NCBI GenBank assembly: GCA_050012755.1
Contig: JBEKGO010000005.1
Location: 12,543 to 76,542, forward strand
Origin: Candidatus Bathyarchaeia archaeon
GTDB lineage: Archaea; Thermoproteota; Bathyarchaeia; Bathyarchaeales; Bathycorpusculaceae
Reading direction: 5' to 3'
DNA length: 64,000 nt
Shown here: piece after piece, positions 1-8,801 of the stretch
Position numbering within the stretch: the stretch's first letter is position 1
How the letters are laid out: each line of letters begins with the position of its first letter
Position numbers and translations under genes: made by a program
Notes under the pieces: model-generated
Databases searched by the model: none
What the model was told of the DNA's origin: nothing
What the model saw: the letters and a program-made list of their open reading frames with translations, nothing else

Positions 1-659
1 CAAAATTGAAATGCTATCCCGCCGTTTTGGTCGGTCGTAATATTTTCAACGGACTTCTGCCTACCATTTAATGTAGTTATCTCAATTATAGCAGTTGGAA
101 CAGGGAAGGTATTGATAGTTCCATCCGAACTTTGGTTCTGATAGAAAACAGTAAAGTACCAAGAGTCGCCTTCTGCAGGAAAACCTTGCGAAGGATTGAC
201 ATCCATGACAAGGTTAGATTTCACGTAAGTAATCGTAGTTTGCGAAGTTATTGTTGTCGTCGTGAGGGTGTGAATAATTTCAGTGGCGCTACGAAAAAAG
301 TTGGTTCCATAAGAAAGACTAACATTAACATCGTTTGACTGATACTTGTTAAAAAAGTGCATTACATATGTCCCTGTCTCGTTTGCAGTTATGTTAAAAG
401 TTTCAAAGGATGTTTTGATGCTCTGGTAAACTACATTGTATGAAGGAGTTGTAACAAAGAAATCAATTAATGACCCGTTTTCAACTGACATATTGCCGAC
501 TATGTTATCGGATGCCGAAAGCTGTATTTTCTGAACGACTTCGTCCTGACCTGGACTCATCGTAAAGTTGACATTTGTTGCTTCTGCTAAGGCAACAAAC
601 GTGCCTGCGAATAGCAATACGAGCAAAGCAGCGTACACAAGTTCCAGTCTTATGGTCAT
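1..659 (-). CDS. Secreted/surface protein, runs off the left edge; possible GOLD/emp24-like beta domain
   Basis: Not in the ORF track. Hand translation from ATG 659 gives MTIRLELVYAALLVLLFAGTFVALAEATNVNFTMSPGQDEVVQKIQL...GTYVMHFFN..., open to base 1. Signal-peptide-like N-terminus, many N-x-S/T sequons and a Thr-rich linker. Confidence 0.75.
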   Translation of the reverse strand, partial: MTIRLELVYAALLVLLFAGTFVALAEATNVNFTMSPGQDEVVQKIQLSASDNIVGNMSVENGSLIDFFVTTPSYNVVYQSIKTSFETFNITANETGTYVMHFFNKYQSNDVNVSLSYGTNFFRSATEIIHTLTTTTITSQTTITYVKSNLVMDVNPSQGFPAEGDSWYFTVFYQNQSSDGTINTFPVPTAIIEITTLNGRQKSVENITTDQNGGIAFQF

Positions 660-705
660 GAAGTATTCGGCCTAAAGGTTATCTATGATTTTCTATTAAT
701 TGATA

Positions 706-1005
706 TTATCTTTTGGCAGTTTTTCCACTGGGCAGTTTGCTGACAAACTCATCGATGGCGGCTTTAGTGCCTATGTAGATATGTTTGTCAATTCTGACTT
801 TAGAAATTTTCCCACCACGGGCTAGATTGTAAAGATATTGGTTAAGAGTGTCTTCTCTAATGTCCTTGAATGTAGCCAAAAGATCAGGATCCGAGTACTT
901 AAAAACCTCTGTTGGCCTGTCTTCAATATATTTCAACACTTTATCAGTTTGGTTTTCCTCTAAAGCCTTAAGTGCATCCTCAACTTTCATCAGATTTAAC
1001 CTCAT
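706..1005 (-). CDS. Small winged-helix-like DNA-binding hypothetical protein
   Basis: 99 aa; IREDTLNQYLYNLARGGKISKVRIDKHIYIG resembles a wHTH recognition helix plus wing. Confidence 0.55.
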   Translation of the reverse strand: MRLNLMKVEDALKALEENQTDKVLKYIEDRPTEVFKYSDPDLLATFKDIREDTLNQYLYNLARGGKISKVRIDKHIYIGTKAAIDEFVSKLPSGKTAKR

Positions 1006-1191
1006 TGTTAGTTTGTTTAAATTATGATTTAATATTATTCAGATATACTTTCTTATAAATATTTTCTGTCTTATGTCTAAAATTAATAGACTTTGAACAC
1101 TTAATTAAAGTGGTGTTATAGAACCTTGTCAAACTTTTTAAAAAATCCTTATTTTCATACAAAAATCAGAAAAACTTAAGATGTCCTTCAA

Positions 1192-2430
1192 ATGCTAAGA
1201 AGCCTAAAGGTGCCGTTGTCTATGGGAATGCCCCTTGTAACTTCTCCTCCAAAAGGACAAACTCTTTCATTCAAAAACCTAGTTCTAACCTATTCAAATG
1301 AGTCTTTGATGGACTTTCGCTACCAAGGTGTTTCATTAGAAGAAGCTATTTTCAAACCATTGAAAGCATCACAATTTGGACTTTATTTTACCTTAGACCC
1401 TAGCATAGGTGTAGTATGTCAAGAAATATTTGATCTGGCAGGACATATCCAAAAAACTTTAGGAAAGTATACTCTATCTGCAGGCATTGCTAACGCAGCA
1501 TTTGGGTGGTTTAAGAACGCGACAAGGCCTCTAAGCAGTGTTGGCGCCCAAGTGGCATCGACTATTGTTTGGCAAAAAGTGTGCGAAGAAGCGTGGAAAT
1601 GGGAAACACGCAATAACCCGATTAAACTCCACAAGGGAACTCCATACTACTTTTTGGCTGGAGAATACTTAACTGCAGGTAATTTAGATGCGGGTTATTT
1701 GTTCGTTCACAATGCAGTTGAGGAAGATAAACGGCTAGCATTACAAACTGGAACACCTCAATCATACAAGGATTGTCCTGCTTACATGCTTGCTTCATTG
1801 GTTGTTAGTAAAAACAATTACTTGCATGATTTGGTTGATGAAATGAAAAAAACCATTGATGCCTATATCTCATCTTTTGTTACCGCCTTTGGGGCATTCT
1901 CTTTCAGCGATTTAGAAAACAAATTCCTAAGAAATGATGCACTTGAAGAAATCAAGTATGTCTTCATTTATAACATGAGCAGTCTTATCCAACAAAAGAA
2001 ACTTGTCGTTTCAGGGGATTTAATGAATAATGATTTTTCCCGGCTCCGCAACCTCGACACGATTGTCAACTTTAGTATTATAATCGATAAGGTGCTTCAG
2101 GCTCGATTTGGTGAAGATTACATGAATCGCAATATTGAGGCTTATTCAGCTACCAAAGGTCTAACCAAAGCTCAGCTAGAAAGATTCAAAAATGAGAAAG
2201 CCTTCGGCGATGACCCGGATGTAATAATACCTAAGTTGCTGCCTGCAACTGTTACGTTCAATGATGGAACTCCAGTTCGACCCGAAATTGTGTGTATGCT
2301 AATTGCACACAAACTAAGGAATTATGGAAGCCATAACCTGTCGAGTCAGTTAATATTTGCAACGCAATACAATCAAGTGATTGAAAAATTGATGCATTCG
2401 CTATTTTTAGCTGTTAAAGAGTTACCATAA
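1192..2430 (+). CDS. Hypothetical protein with C-terminal HEPN-like RNase motif
   Basis: 412 aa; helical C-terminal region with R-x4-H motif (LRNYGSHNL); island context. Confidence 0.55.
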   Translation: MLRSLKVPLSMGMPLVTSPPKGQTLSFKNLVLTYSNESLMDFRYQGVSLEEAIFKPLKASQFGLYFTLDPSIGVVCQEIFDLAGHIQKTLGKYTLSAGIANAAFGWFKNATRPLSSVGAQVASTIVWQKVCEEAWKWETRNNPIKLHKGTPYYFLAGEYLTAGNLDAGYLFVHNAVEEDKRLALQTGTPQSYKDCPAYMLASLVVSKNNYLHDLVDEMKKTIDAYISSFVTAFGAFSFSDLENKFLRNDALEEIKYVFIYNMSSLIQQKKLVVSGDLMNNDFSRLRNLDTIVNFSIIIDKVLQARFGEDYMNRNIEAYSATKGLTKAQLERFKNEKAFGDDPDVIIPKLLPATVTFNDGTPVRPEIVCMLIAHKLRNYGSHNLSSQLIFATQYNQVIEKLMHSLFLAVKELP

Positions 2431-2595
2431 TTGGCTGCGAAAGAAAATAGAAAAATGCGGGAGACACGTCTACTGTGGGCCACGTCCAAATCATATTCTG
2501 TTTGAATTGGACTAAGGTTTGATTAATACCGGTTAACGATTACCAAGCCACTAGAAATCTCAAATTTTATTAGGTTAGCCAACAACCTTGGTTCG

Positions 2596-3423
2596 ATGTC
2601 TACTGTGGAATTAAGCGTATGGGTCTCGATAGCGGGTGTACTCGTAAGTTCGCTAATTAGTATACTAATCGCTCTAAAACTGGGCCCCTGGCATGTAGAA
2701 AAAATGAGACTAAGAAGGGAACACAGTCAAAAATTCCTCGAAGATGGCCTCAAACCCTGGTTGAATGAAATACACGTGCTGTGCCGTTTTGGAGCAGAGT
2801 ATACAAAAAACGACAAAAAATTCGTGCCTTACATCCCTGATGATCCAAATCAAATACTGTTTGTAGGTCTGAAGGCGCACCTAATTACAGGCTACCCTGA
2901 AGTTCTGCAGGAATGGACAAATTACAAAAAAATAGTTCAGGAAAATAACCAGAAATGGGCGGATCTGTTTAACGATCTTATCCTCAAAATTGAAACAGCG
3001 ACTAATATTCCAAAATTTCACTTCTACGTACAAGAAACAAAACCTCCGTATTTTATTGCGCCAGTCAACATTGTGGCTTATATATGTAACAAAATACGCT
3101 ACGAATTAGTAAGTGGGCAGCCGTTCGTTGACAGAATAAATTATACACCAACAAGTGAGGGAAATTTAAGATATTTCAGCGTAGCAGCCTCAGTCGGAGA
3201 ACTTGGACGCGTGAATGTCTCCGAAGATTTTAGCTCCGTGCTAAAGACCATGGAAGAGCATCAGTCAGATAAAGCTGTGAGAGCTAAAATGGGCGAACTT
3301 CTCCGAGTTGAGAATGAAGACCTATCAAAAATAAAGACTATTTTCGAGGACAAACTCAAAGAACTAATGCGCTCTATTGAATTAGGCAATTATCTTAAAG
3401 GCAAGTGCAAATATTGCCCATAA
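2596..3423 (+). CDS. Membrane-anchored hypothetical protein with C-terminal CxxC
   Basis: 275 aa; N-terminal hydrophobic helix SVWVSIAGVLVSSLISILIAL; ends GKCKYCP. Confidence 0.75.
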   Translation: MSTVELSVWVSIAGVLVSSLISILIALKLGPWHVEKMRLRREHSQKFLEDGLKPWLNEIHVLCRFGAEYTKNDKKFVPYIPDDPNQILFVGLKAHLITGYPEVLQEWTNYKKIVQENNQKWADLFNDLILKIETATNIPKFHFYVQETKPPYFIAPVNIVAYICNKIRYELVSGQPFVDRINYTPTSEGNLRYFSVAASVGELGRVNVSEDFSSVLKTMEEHQSDKAVRAKMGELLRVENEDLSKIKTIFEDKLKELMRSIELGNYLKGKCKYCP

Positions 3424-3668
3424 TACTCCAGAACTGAACTGGACAAACTGTGCATTAAACTGTCTTCCTTGGCTCCACTGGCAGCTTAGTCGCAAAGCGT
3501 GGATTACCTTACTCATTGTCAGCTTAATGAACAAATAACAAAGTGAACAGTTACCACGTTTCGCATGAAGTTATAGTTACATTAAACCGCCGTAAAATGG
3601 GTTGGAGAACCTTTGCCGACAGGAAAGCTTTAGAGTGCTTTTTGGTATACAACTAGCGCGGTTAAAAG

Positions 3669-4166
3669 ATGGCCGAATTCAGTCAACCGCTTCCTGAGCT
3701 CATTACGCTTTTACTAATTCCAATCGTAGTATACATTTTAGGGAGAGTATCCGAAGAAGGCGGAAAATCAGCTTATAGGAAATGGCGAGGTGAGATTGTT
3801 TTCAAAAAAGAAACTGAGGGGGAGACTGCTGCCTTAACCATCCAAACTAACTCACCGGTATATTTAGACGACTTAACAGTGCACCTTAAAAACAAACCGT
3901 TTGATGTGCTTTCCCAAATCAAGGACCAACTGAAGGTCGATCAAAACAAACGCATACAATTTAGTCCTCTGGACAAAATACGAATCGAGGGCATTCTTCA
4001 AGAACGCGGTGATAGGAAGTTATTTGTAGATGCTTACATTGGCATTGACAATGCATGTTTCTCCGAAGACCTTGATGTAGAATATTCAAAAGCCGAGGAA
4101 TTTATGGAAAACACGAAAATGACCCTTGAAACTTCAAGGAAAGTCTACAACCGCTTTCTGCTTTAA
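3669..4166 (+). CDS. Membrane-anchored hypothetical protein
   Basis: 165 aa; N-terminal TM helix LITLLLIPIVVYILG followed by basic residues. Confidence 0.7.
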   Translation: MAEFSQPLPELITLLLIPIVVYILGRVSEEGGKSAYRKWRGEIVFKKETEGETAALTIQTNSPVYLDDLTVHLKNKPFDVLSQIKDQLKVDQNKRIQFSPLDKIRIEGILQERGDRKLFVDAYIGIDNACFSEDLDVEYSKAEEFMENTKMTLETSRKVYNRFLL

Positions 4167-4169
4167 CAG

Positions 4170-4358
4170 TTAGACGCGTTTTTTCTTAATTACTATGTAA
4201 TCCTGATAATTGGGATCGAGTATCTGGAAGTATTCAATGTCTTGATTAACGCCTAATTCAAGGTGGTCCACCACACTTGCTGGAATGTAGAGCTTGTTAT
4301 TGCTGTATAACTTGCCTGTCCCAATAGACTTCAATTCGTTGGGTGCAATAGTTACCAT
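4170..4358 (-). CDS. AbrB/MazE/SpoVT-like DNA-binding protein
   Basis: 62 aa; KLYIPASVVDHLELGVNQDIEY matches the swapped-hairpin pattern. Confidence 0.65.
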   Translation of the reverse strand: MVTIAPNELKSIGTGKLYSNNKLYIPASVVDHLELGVNQDIEYFQILDPNYQDYIVIKKKRV

Positions 4359-4609
4359 AAGTCATCAGCTATCCAGTGGAGTGGTATTTTATTGTTGCCT
4401 AAAATATTTTTGGTCCAAAATTGGTCCAGTTTTAGTACATTAATTGGTCCAAAATTGGTCCACGATGACCAGTAAAGACCTTGGCCTGATTTTGGTCCAA
4501 TATTGGTCCATATTTGGTCCAGGATGAATAAAATCGATTCGTTGGTCTCAGAGGCGGTTTTACCTCGAATTATCTGTGAACTCCCTCCATTAGGATAAAA
4601 AGCTATCAT
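4352..4609 (-). CDS. Small ORF containing the 11-bp repeat cluster, coupled to both neighbours
   Basis: 85 aa; ATGA overlap with the upstream RHH stop and ATGGTAA overlap with the AbrB start; repeats translate as LDQIWTNIGP-like peptides. Confidence 0.45.
   Translation of the reverse strand: MIAFYPNGGSSQIIRGKTASETNESILFILDQIWTNIGPKSGQGLYWSSWTNFGPINVLKLDQFWTKNILGNNKIPLHWIADDLW
4410..4522. repeat. Cluster A of 11-bp-phased TTGGWCCAA palindromic repeats
   Basis: TTGGTCCA at 4410, 4421, 4444, 4455, 4492, 4503, 4514, with degenerate units between. Confidence 0.95.
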
Positions 4610-4788
4610 TTCTGTCTACTTCCTCTATCGAGCCATTTTGAAAAGTCAGCTTTGTTTTCGTAAGCAAATTCGAGGACTAGAGATATCGCAGTCTTAGTGC
4701 TTGGTACTTTTTTCATTATCAAAGTCATTTCGATTCGTAGCTCTTCAACTCGACGCCTATCTTCGTCGCTGATATTTACCGAGGGCAA
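4606..4788 (-). CDS. Ribbon-helix-helix (CopG-like) protein
   Basis: 60 aa; N-terminal strand MPSVNIS followed by two helices. Confidence 0.65.
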   Translation of the reverse strand: MPSVNISDEDRRRVEELRIEMTLIMKKVPSTKTAISLVLEFAYENKADFSKWLDRGSRQK

Positions 4789-5006
4789 AGCTGTTCACAT
4801 GATTTCTATATTTTATTACTATAATATAAGCTTTTATAGTTACTAAATAATATTATTATAAAAATACCTGAATTCCATTGTTTGATATTTATGTTTAGAA
4901 GAAAGTGAGATTACTGGGGGATGTATCTAACCACCTTCGCATAATGATTTATGAAAGTATTTGATGTTCTTTCCGGGATTTTCTTTCTTTTAGTTTTTTC
5001 CAGAGC

Positions 5007-5813
5007 TTGGTCCAATATCGGTCCATAGTGATCGTAATAGAGTTGGTCCAATTGTTGCCCATAAATGGTCCTTTTTTAGGGCAAGAATTGGTCCAATAAT
5101 GGTCCAGATTTGGTCCAAGGCAAGAAGTAATATCTCCTTGACGACGGCAGCTGTGGCAACTGCGCTAATGCCGGCGAAAACACCAGCTGTAGTTGATGCG
5201 GTGAATGCAGCGGAGTCGGAAGTTGTTAAAAGAACTGCTTTTCGCCGTTGAAATTTTGGTCCAATATTGGTCCAAATTTGGTCTAAGACGAAAAAAAGAA
5301 AATAGACAGGAGATGGCGACAGCAGCGGCAATTGAAGTAATTGCGGCGAAGGCAACAATCGCATAGATGGCGGAGGAGGCGGCGGCGGAACTGAACAAAA
5401 GAAATACAACTATGTCATCAAATTATTGGTCCAATTTGGAGCGTGGAAACTGTTGGACCAAAATTACCCCAAAGTTGGTCCACTATTGGTCCAAAAAAAG
5501 TCAAGGTTGCGATAACAGCGCTGATCGTGATGGTGGAAGCAACTATGCACAAGGCTAAGATGGACGCCACTAATTTCGCGATTAACTTCTTTGGTTCAAT
5601 ATTGGTCCAGATTTGGTCCAAGATAAAGAAGTTAATGCATTGACGACGTCGGCAGTGGTTGTAGCCTCAGTAATGGCGAATAGGCAACAATCAACGGGGG
5701 CAGCACCACGCAAAAATTACACTGCCACTGAATTTATTGATCCAATATTGGTCCAGAATAAGGTCATTTATTGGACCATTTTTAGTCCTAAAATTGGTCC
5801 ATTATTGGTCCAA
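5007..5813. repeat. Clusters B-F of 11-bp-phased TTGGWCCAA repeats separated by 96-139 bp spacers
   Basis: Clusters at 5007-5118, 5256-5286, 5426-5494, 5591-5621, 5737-5813; most steps within a cluster are exactly 11 bp; spacers are GC-rich and triplet-periodic. Confidence 0.95.
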
Positions 5814-5898
5814 AATCAAACTGTTAAACCTTAGTTGTTTGTCAAATTTTAAATAGCCATGAACATAGAGTTAGATTAACAGTCAAGAGTGATACCGT

Positions 5899-6930
5899 TT
5901 GAAATCTCCATTCGCACCATTCGACATCGAATCAACTAATTCAGAAGATTTCTTCCAAGCATTGTTGCCGTTAATCCCAAGGGCTATCGAGGTTGGACAT
6001 GCCTGCTATGAGCAAGTCCTAATAAAAGATGGCAGAATTGAGGAAGGAGAATACGATAAAGCCAAGGGGCTAGAAGGATTATACGTAAGTTCAATGGAAA
6101 TTTCAGATGATAGTGCTGGTTTCTCATTAAAAGGTCGTGCCTTTGCCAGCACTCCGATAGTAAAAGATCTGGAGAACACTTTGCTTAATTTGCGAGACTA
6201 TTTACTTACCTTAGGAGTCTACGACCCTAAGCCGTGTAAAGGACACCATGATCTTTTTTGTAGTCTGGTTATTGAAACCATGTTTTTCATGCCTGGCTCT
6301 TTTAGGATTAATTTAGTTGTTCGCAAATTACATGATGAAACCTATGAAGGAAGTGTCGGTGTCTCTTATGAAACTCTAGTCAATGACATAATCGAAGCAA
6401 AATCACATTTGACAGAATCAAAAAGAATCCGCGACCAGACATACGAGGAAATGCTGAAGAAGGTTAAGGATGCAGAAACTACCGATGAAAAAAAGAAAAC
6501 TCTAGAAAGCTTTGCCAATATTCTTTTTACTGACGCAGGATTTGAAGTAAAATACATAAGTAAAAGAGGAATTGATAGCGAGGTTGACCTATTTGTTATC
6601 AATGAATCTAAGGATAATTTTAAGATGCAACTGGGTAACCCGATTATAGTAGAATGTAAAAACATAAGTGAACCTGCAACTTCCAGCATCATTCGCAATT
6701 TTCAGACGAAGCTAATGGACAAAGCAGCATTTACAGGCGTATTATTTTCACTCAAAGGCATCACTGGTTCTAACGACGCCCAAAATGCAAAAGCTGCAAT
6801 TAGAACCTCTCTAATCGCACGCAACACGCGCATAATAGTAATTGACGGAAATGACCTCGAAAAAGTAGCGCAAGGGGAGTCATTCCTGTCTGTTCTCAGG
6901 GAAAAATTCTATGAGCTATCGACCATCTGA
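5899..6930 (+). CDS. Mrr-like (type IV) restriction endonuclease, PD-(D/E)xK C-terminal domain
   Basis: EVDLFV...IIVECKN motif and downstream Mrr_cat-like GVLFS...IIVIDGNDL; about 200 aa unassigned N-terminus. Confidence 0.75.
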   Translation: MKSPFAPFDIESTNSEDFFQALLPLIPRAIEVGHACYEQVLIKDGRIEEGEYDKAKGLEGLYVSSMEISDDSAGFSLKGRAFASTPIVKDLENTLLNLRDYLLTLGVYDPKPCKGHHDLFCSLVIETMFFMPGSFRINLVVRKLHDETYEGSVGVSYETLVNDIIEAKSHLTESKRIRDQTYEEMLKKVKDAETTDEKKKTLESFANILFTDAGFEVKYISKRGIDSEVDLFVINESKDNFKMQLGNPIIVECKNISEPATSSIIRNFQTKLMDKAAFTGVLFSLKGITGSNDAQNAKAAIRTSLIARNTRIIVIDGNDLEKVAQGESFLSVLREKFYELSTI

Positions 6931-7078
6931 TGCCTTCTATTTGAGATTATCCAGCGGTTATCCGGAAAAAAATATTTGCCCCTGACACGTTCTCGCTTAG
7001 CCGGATTTATATCCTCAGGTTCTCTAATAACTCCCAGATGTTTCGACTACATCTAAACTTGCAAGCTTATTGTTTTCA

Positions 7079-7510
7079 TCACTTTGTTGATTGCATTCCG
7101 CTGCACTTTTTTGCAGCACTGACTGTTTCAGGTATGGACAATTTCTTTAGTTGCCTTATCCGATTTTTAAGAGTACTCATTAATTCTTGATTATTTCTAA
7201 GCCTTGACCTTATTATTTTGAACATGCTATTTCCTTCATCAGTTAATTTATAGTCATATCTTCGCTCGCCGTTAGGGAAACGAACTGTTCTCTGTTCTAA
7301 GATTCCTGATGTCACTAAAGTATCAATAGTATCTGCTAGCTCCTCAGAATAGGGACCGTAAAAATAGGATTCAAATTCAAAGTTAAATGGTAGCTGATCA
7401 CGGTATTTAAGAATGCAAATGTCTTTTTGTATCCGAGTCCTACCTTCAACAATGGAGTTATTGAAACCGAAAAAAGCAATTAGCAAAGATATGTCTTGCG
7501 TCTTAATCAA
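7079..7510 (-). CDS. YwgA/DUF4065 (SocA/Panacea-like) winged-helix protein
   Basis: GRTRIQK...FEFESYFYGPYSEEL...YKLTDEG family pattern; overlaps the HD gene by 8 bp. Confidence 0.7.
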   Translation of the reverse strand: MIKTQDISLLIAFFGFNNSIVEGRTRIQKDICILKYRDQLPFNFEFESYFYGPYSEELADTIDTLVTSGILEQRTVRFPNGERRYDYKLTDEGNSMFKIIRSRLRNNQELMSTLKNRIRQLKKLSIPETVSAAKKCSGMQSTK

Positions 7511-8801
7511 ATTCTGTCTCCTCTTTTACCAAGTTTTTTAATTTCTCTTTAATATTTCTATTTACAATATTTCTTTCAATTGTTGGAGAAATGTAAACTT
7601 TGATTACATTCTTCGCGGCAATTACATCTACTATATCTGATTCATTCCTTAATTCATATTCAGCCTTTGTCGGATGATCTAATAAAATACGCCTTGGAGT
7701 TCTTGACTTAATGATGTCACATATTATAGAATATTTCTCTTGCTGCAGTTCCTCTGCAAGTCTTAAAGACAAGTGTTCCGATAATTGATCTGGATCTTCT
7801 TCTAATTTTGCTAAAAACTCGGGTGACATTCTAAAATTTCGCTTCGTCAATTCGTTGTCAAGTTTTGACACATAAAGTAACCTTGGATTTTCAGCAGCTA
7901 TTAGCTTAACTATTTCTGCACCCTTTTTCTTTAGCTGCGATAACATGCTCTCATCATCGGCTTCAACATAGGCATCGAGTTGAAAAGTTTGTCTAATGTC
8001 AGTATCAGTAGCGCATAGCAAAAAAGCTTTTTCCAACATTTTCTCCGCAATTCTTGATTGTTCTATCAAATAAACCAAATCATACATGCTCTTCCAAATG
8101 ACAACAAATAACTCAGCAGTTACCACTGCTTGTTTAGTGAAATCCAGACCTAAGATGCAATTTGGCATGTCGTCTTCTGAGCCTATAATGGTGTAAGACC
8201 TCAAAAAATGGCTTAAATCAAAACTGTACCTTAGTCCCACATGATAAGCATCTCGAAGAAGATAATCTAGTTTATCACAATCTAAAGGTCCGTCTATTAT
8301 TTGATGCAGAAATGGATGAGAATGACTTTTCGGTCCAATTAATTGAATTACCGAACTTTTTGTTATGCCCCAATTTTCAATATCATTAGGTATTTTTTTT
8401 CTAATTATTTCTTCGGTCATTTCCTCATGAGTTTTTCCATTTATTAATTTTAGGACGAAATCGGCAGCATGAGAAAAGGGTGCGTGCCCTATGTCATGAA
8501 GAAAACCGGCAGCCATAACGTTATTTCTATTGTCGATTAAATTTTGCGATATGAACTGTTTTCCCTTATTTTTCATTTTTGTTGAAAGCATATCGACCAT
8601 GTTACCAGCAAGTTGCATTGTTCCTAACGCATGCGAATACCTTGTATGGATTGCGCCTGGAAAATTCATGTAAGCCTTTAAACCTAGTTGACGAATGAAC
8701 ATCATTCTCCTTACTGATGGATGATCATTTATGGCTATCAACCATGGAGGAAATAGAATAGTTCCTTGGATTGGGTCAGGCAGTTGATGACTTTGATTCA
8801 A
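7503..8801 (-). CDS. HD-domain phosphohydrolase, SAMHD1/YwfO-like dNTP triphosphohydrolase
   Basis: IRQLG, HTRYSHALG, LHDIGHAPFSH and LDCDKLDYLLRD motifs. Confidence 0.85.
   Translation of the reverse strand: MNQSHQLPDPIQGTILFPPWLIAINDHPSVRRMMFIRQLGLKAYMNFPGAIHTRYSHALGTMQLAGNMVDMLSTKMKNKGKQFISQNLIDNRNNVMAAGFLHDIGHAPFSHAADFVLKLINGKTHEEMTEEIIRKKIPNDIENWGITKSSVIQLIGPKSHSHPFLHQIIDGPLDCDKLDYLLRDAYHVGLRYSFDLSHFLRSYTIIGSEDDMPNCILGLDFTKQAVVTAELFVVIWKSMYDLVYLIEQSRIAEKMLEKAFLLCATDTDIRQTFQLDAYVEADDESMLSQLKKKGAEIVKLIAAENPRLLYVSKLDNELTKRNFRMSPEFLAKLEEDPDQLSEHLSLRLAEELQQEKYSIICDIIKSRTPRRILLDHPTKAEYELRNESDIVDVIAAKNVIKVYISPTIERNIVNRNIKEKLKNLVKEETEFD

Noticed and set aside
5313-5558. Amber readthrough joining MATAAAIEVIAAKATIA to ORF 5367-5558 (pyrrolysine)
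   Set aside because: No pyl genes in the window and the joined product has no recognisable features.
4410-5813. TTGGTCCAA array as a CRISPR array
   Set aside because: Units are 11 bp and tandem; spacers are 96-139 bp, uneven and partly homologous; no cas genes in the window.
4990-5834. Overlapping short ORFs across the repeat region as definite genes
   Set aside because: They occur in several frames on both strands with stops between units; explained by low-complexity DNA. Kept only as a hypothesis.
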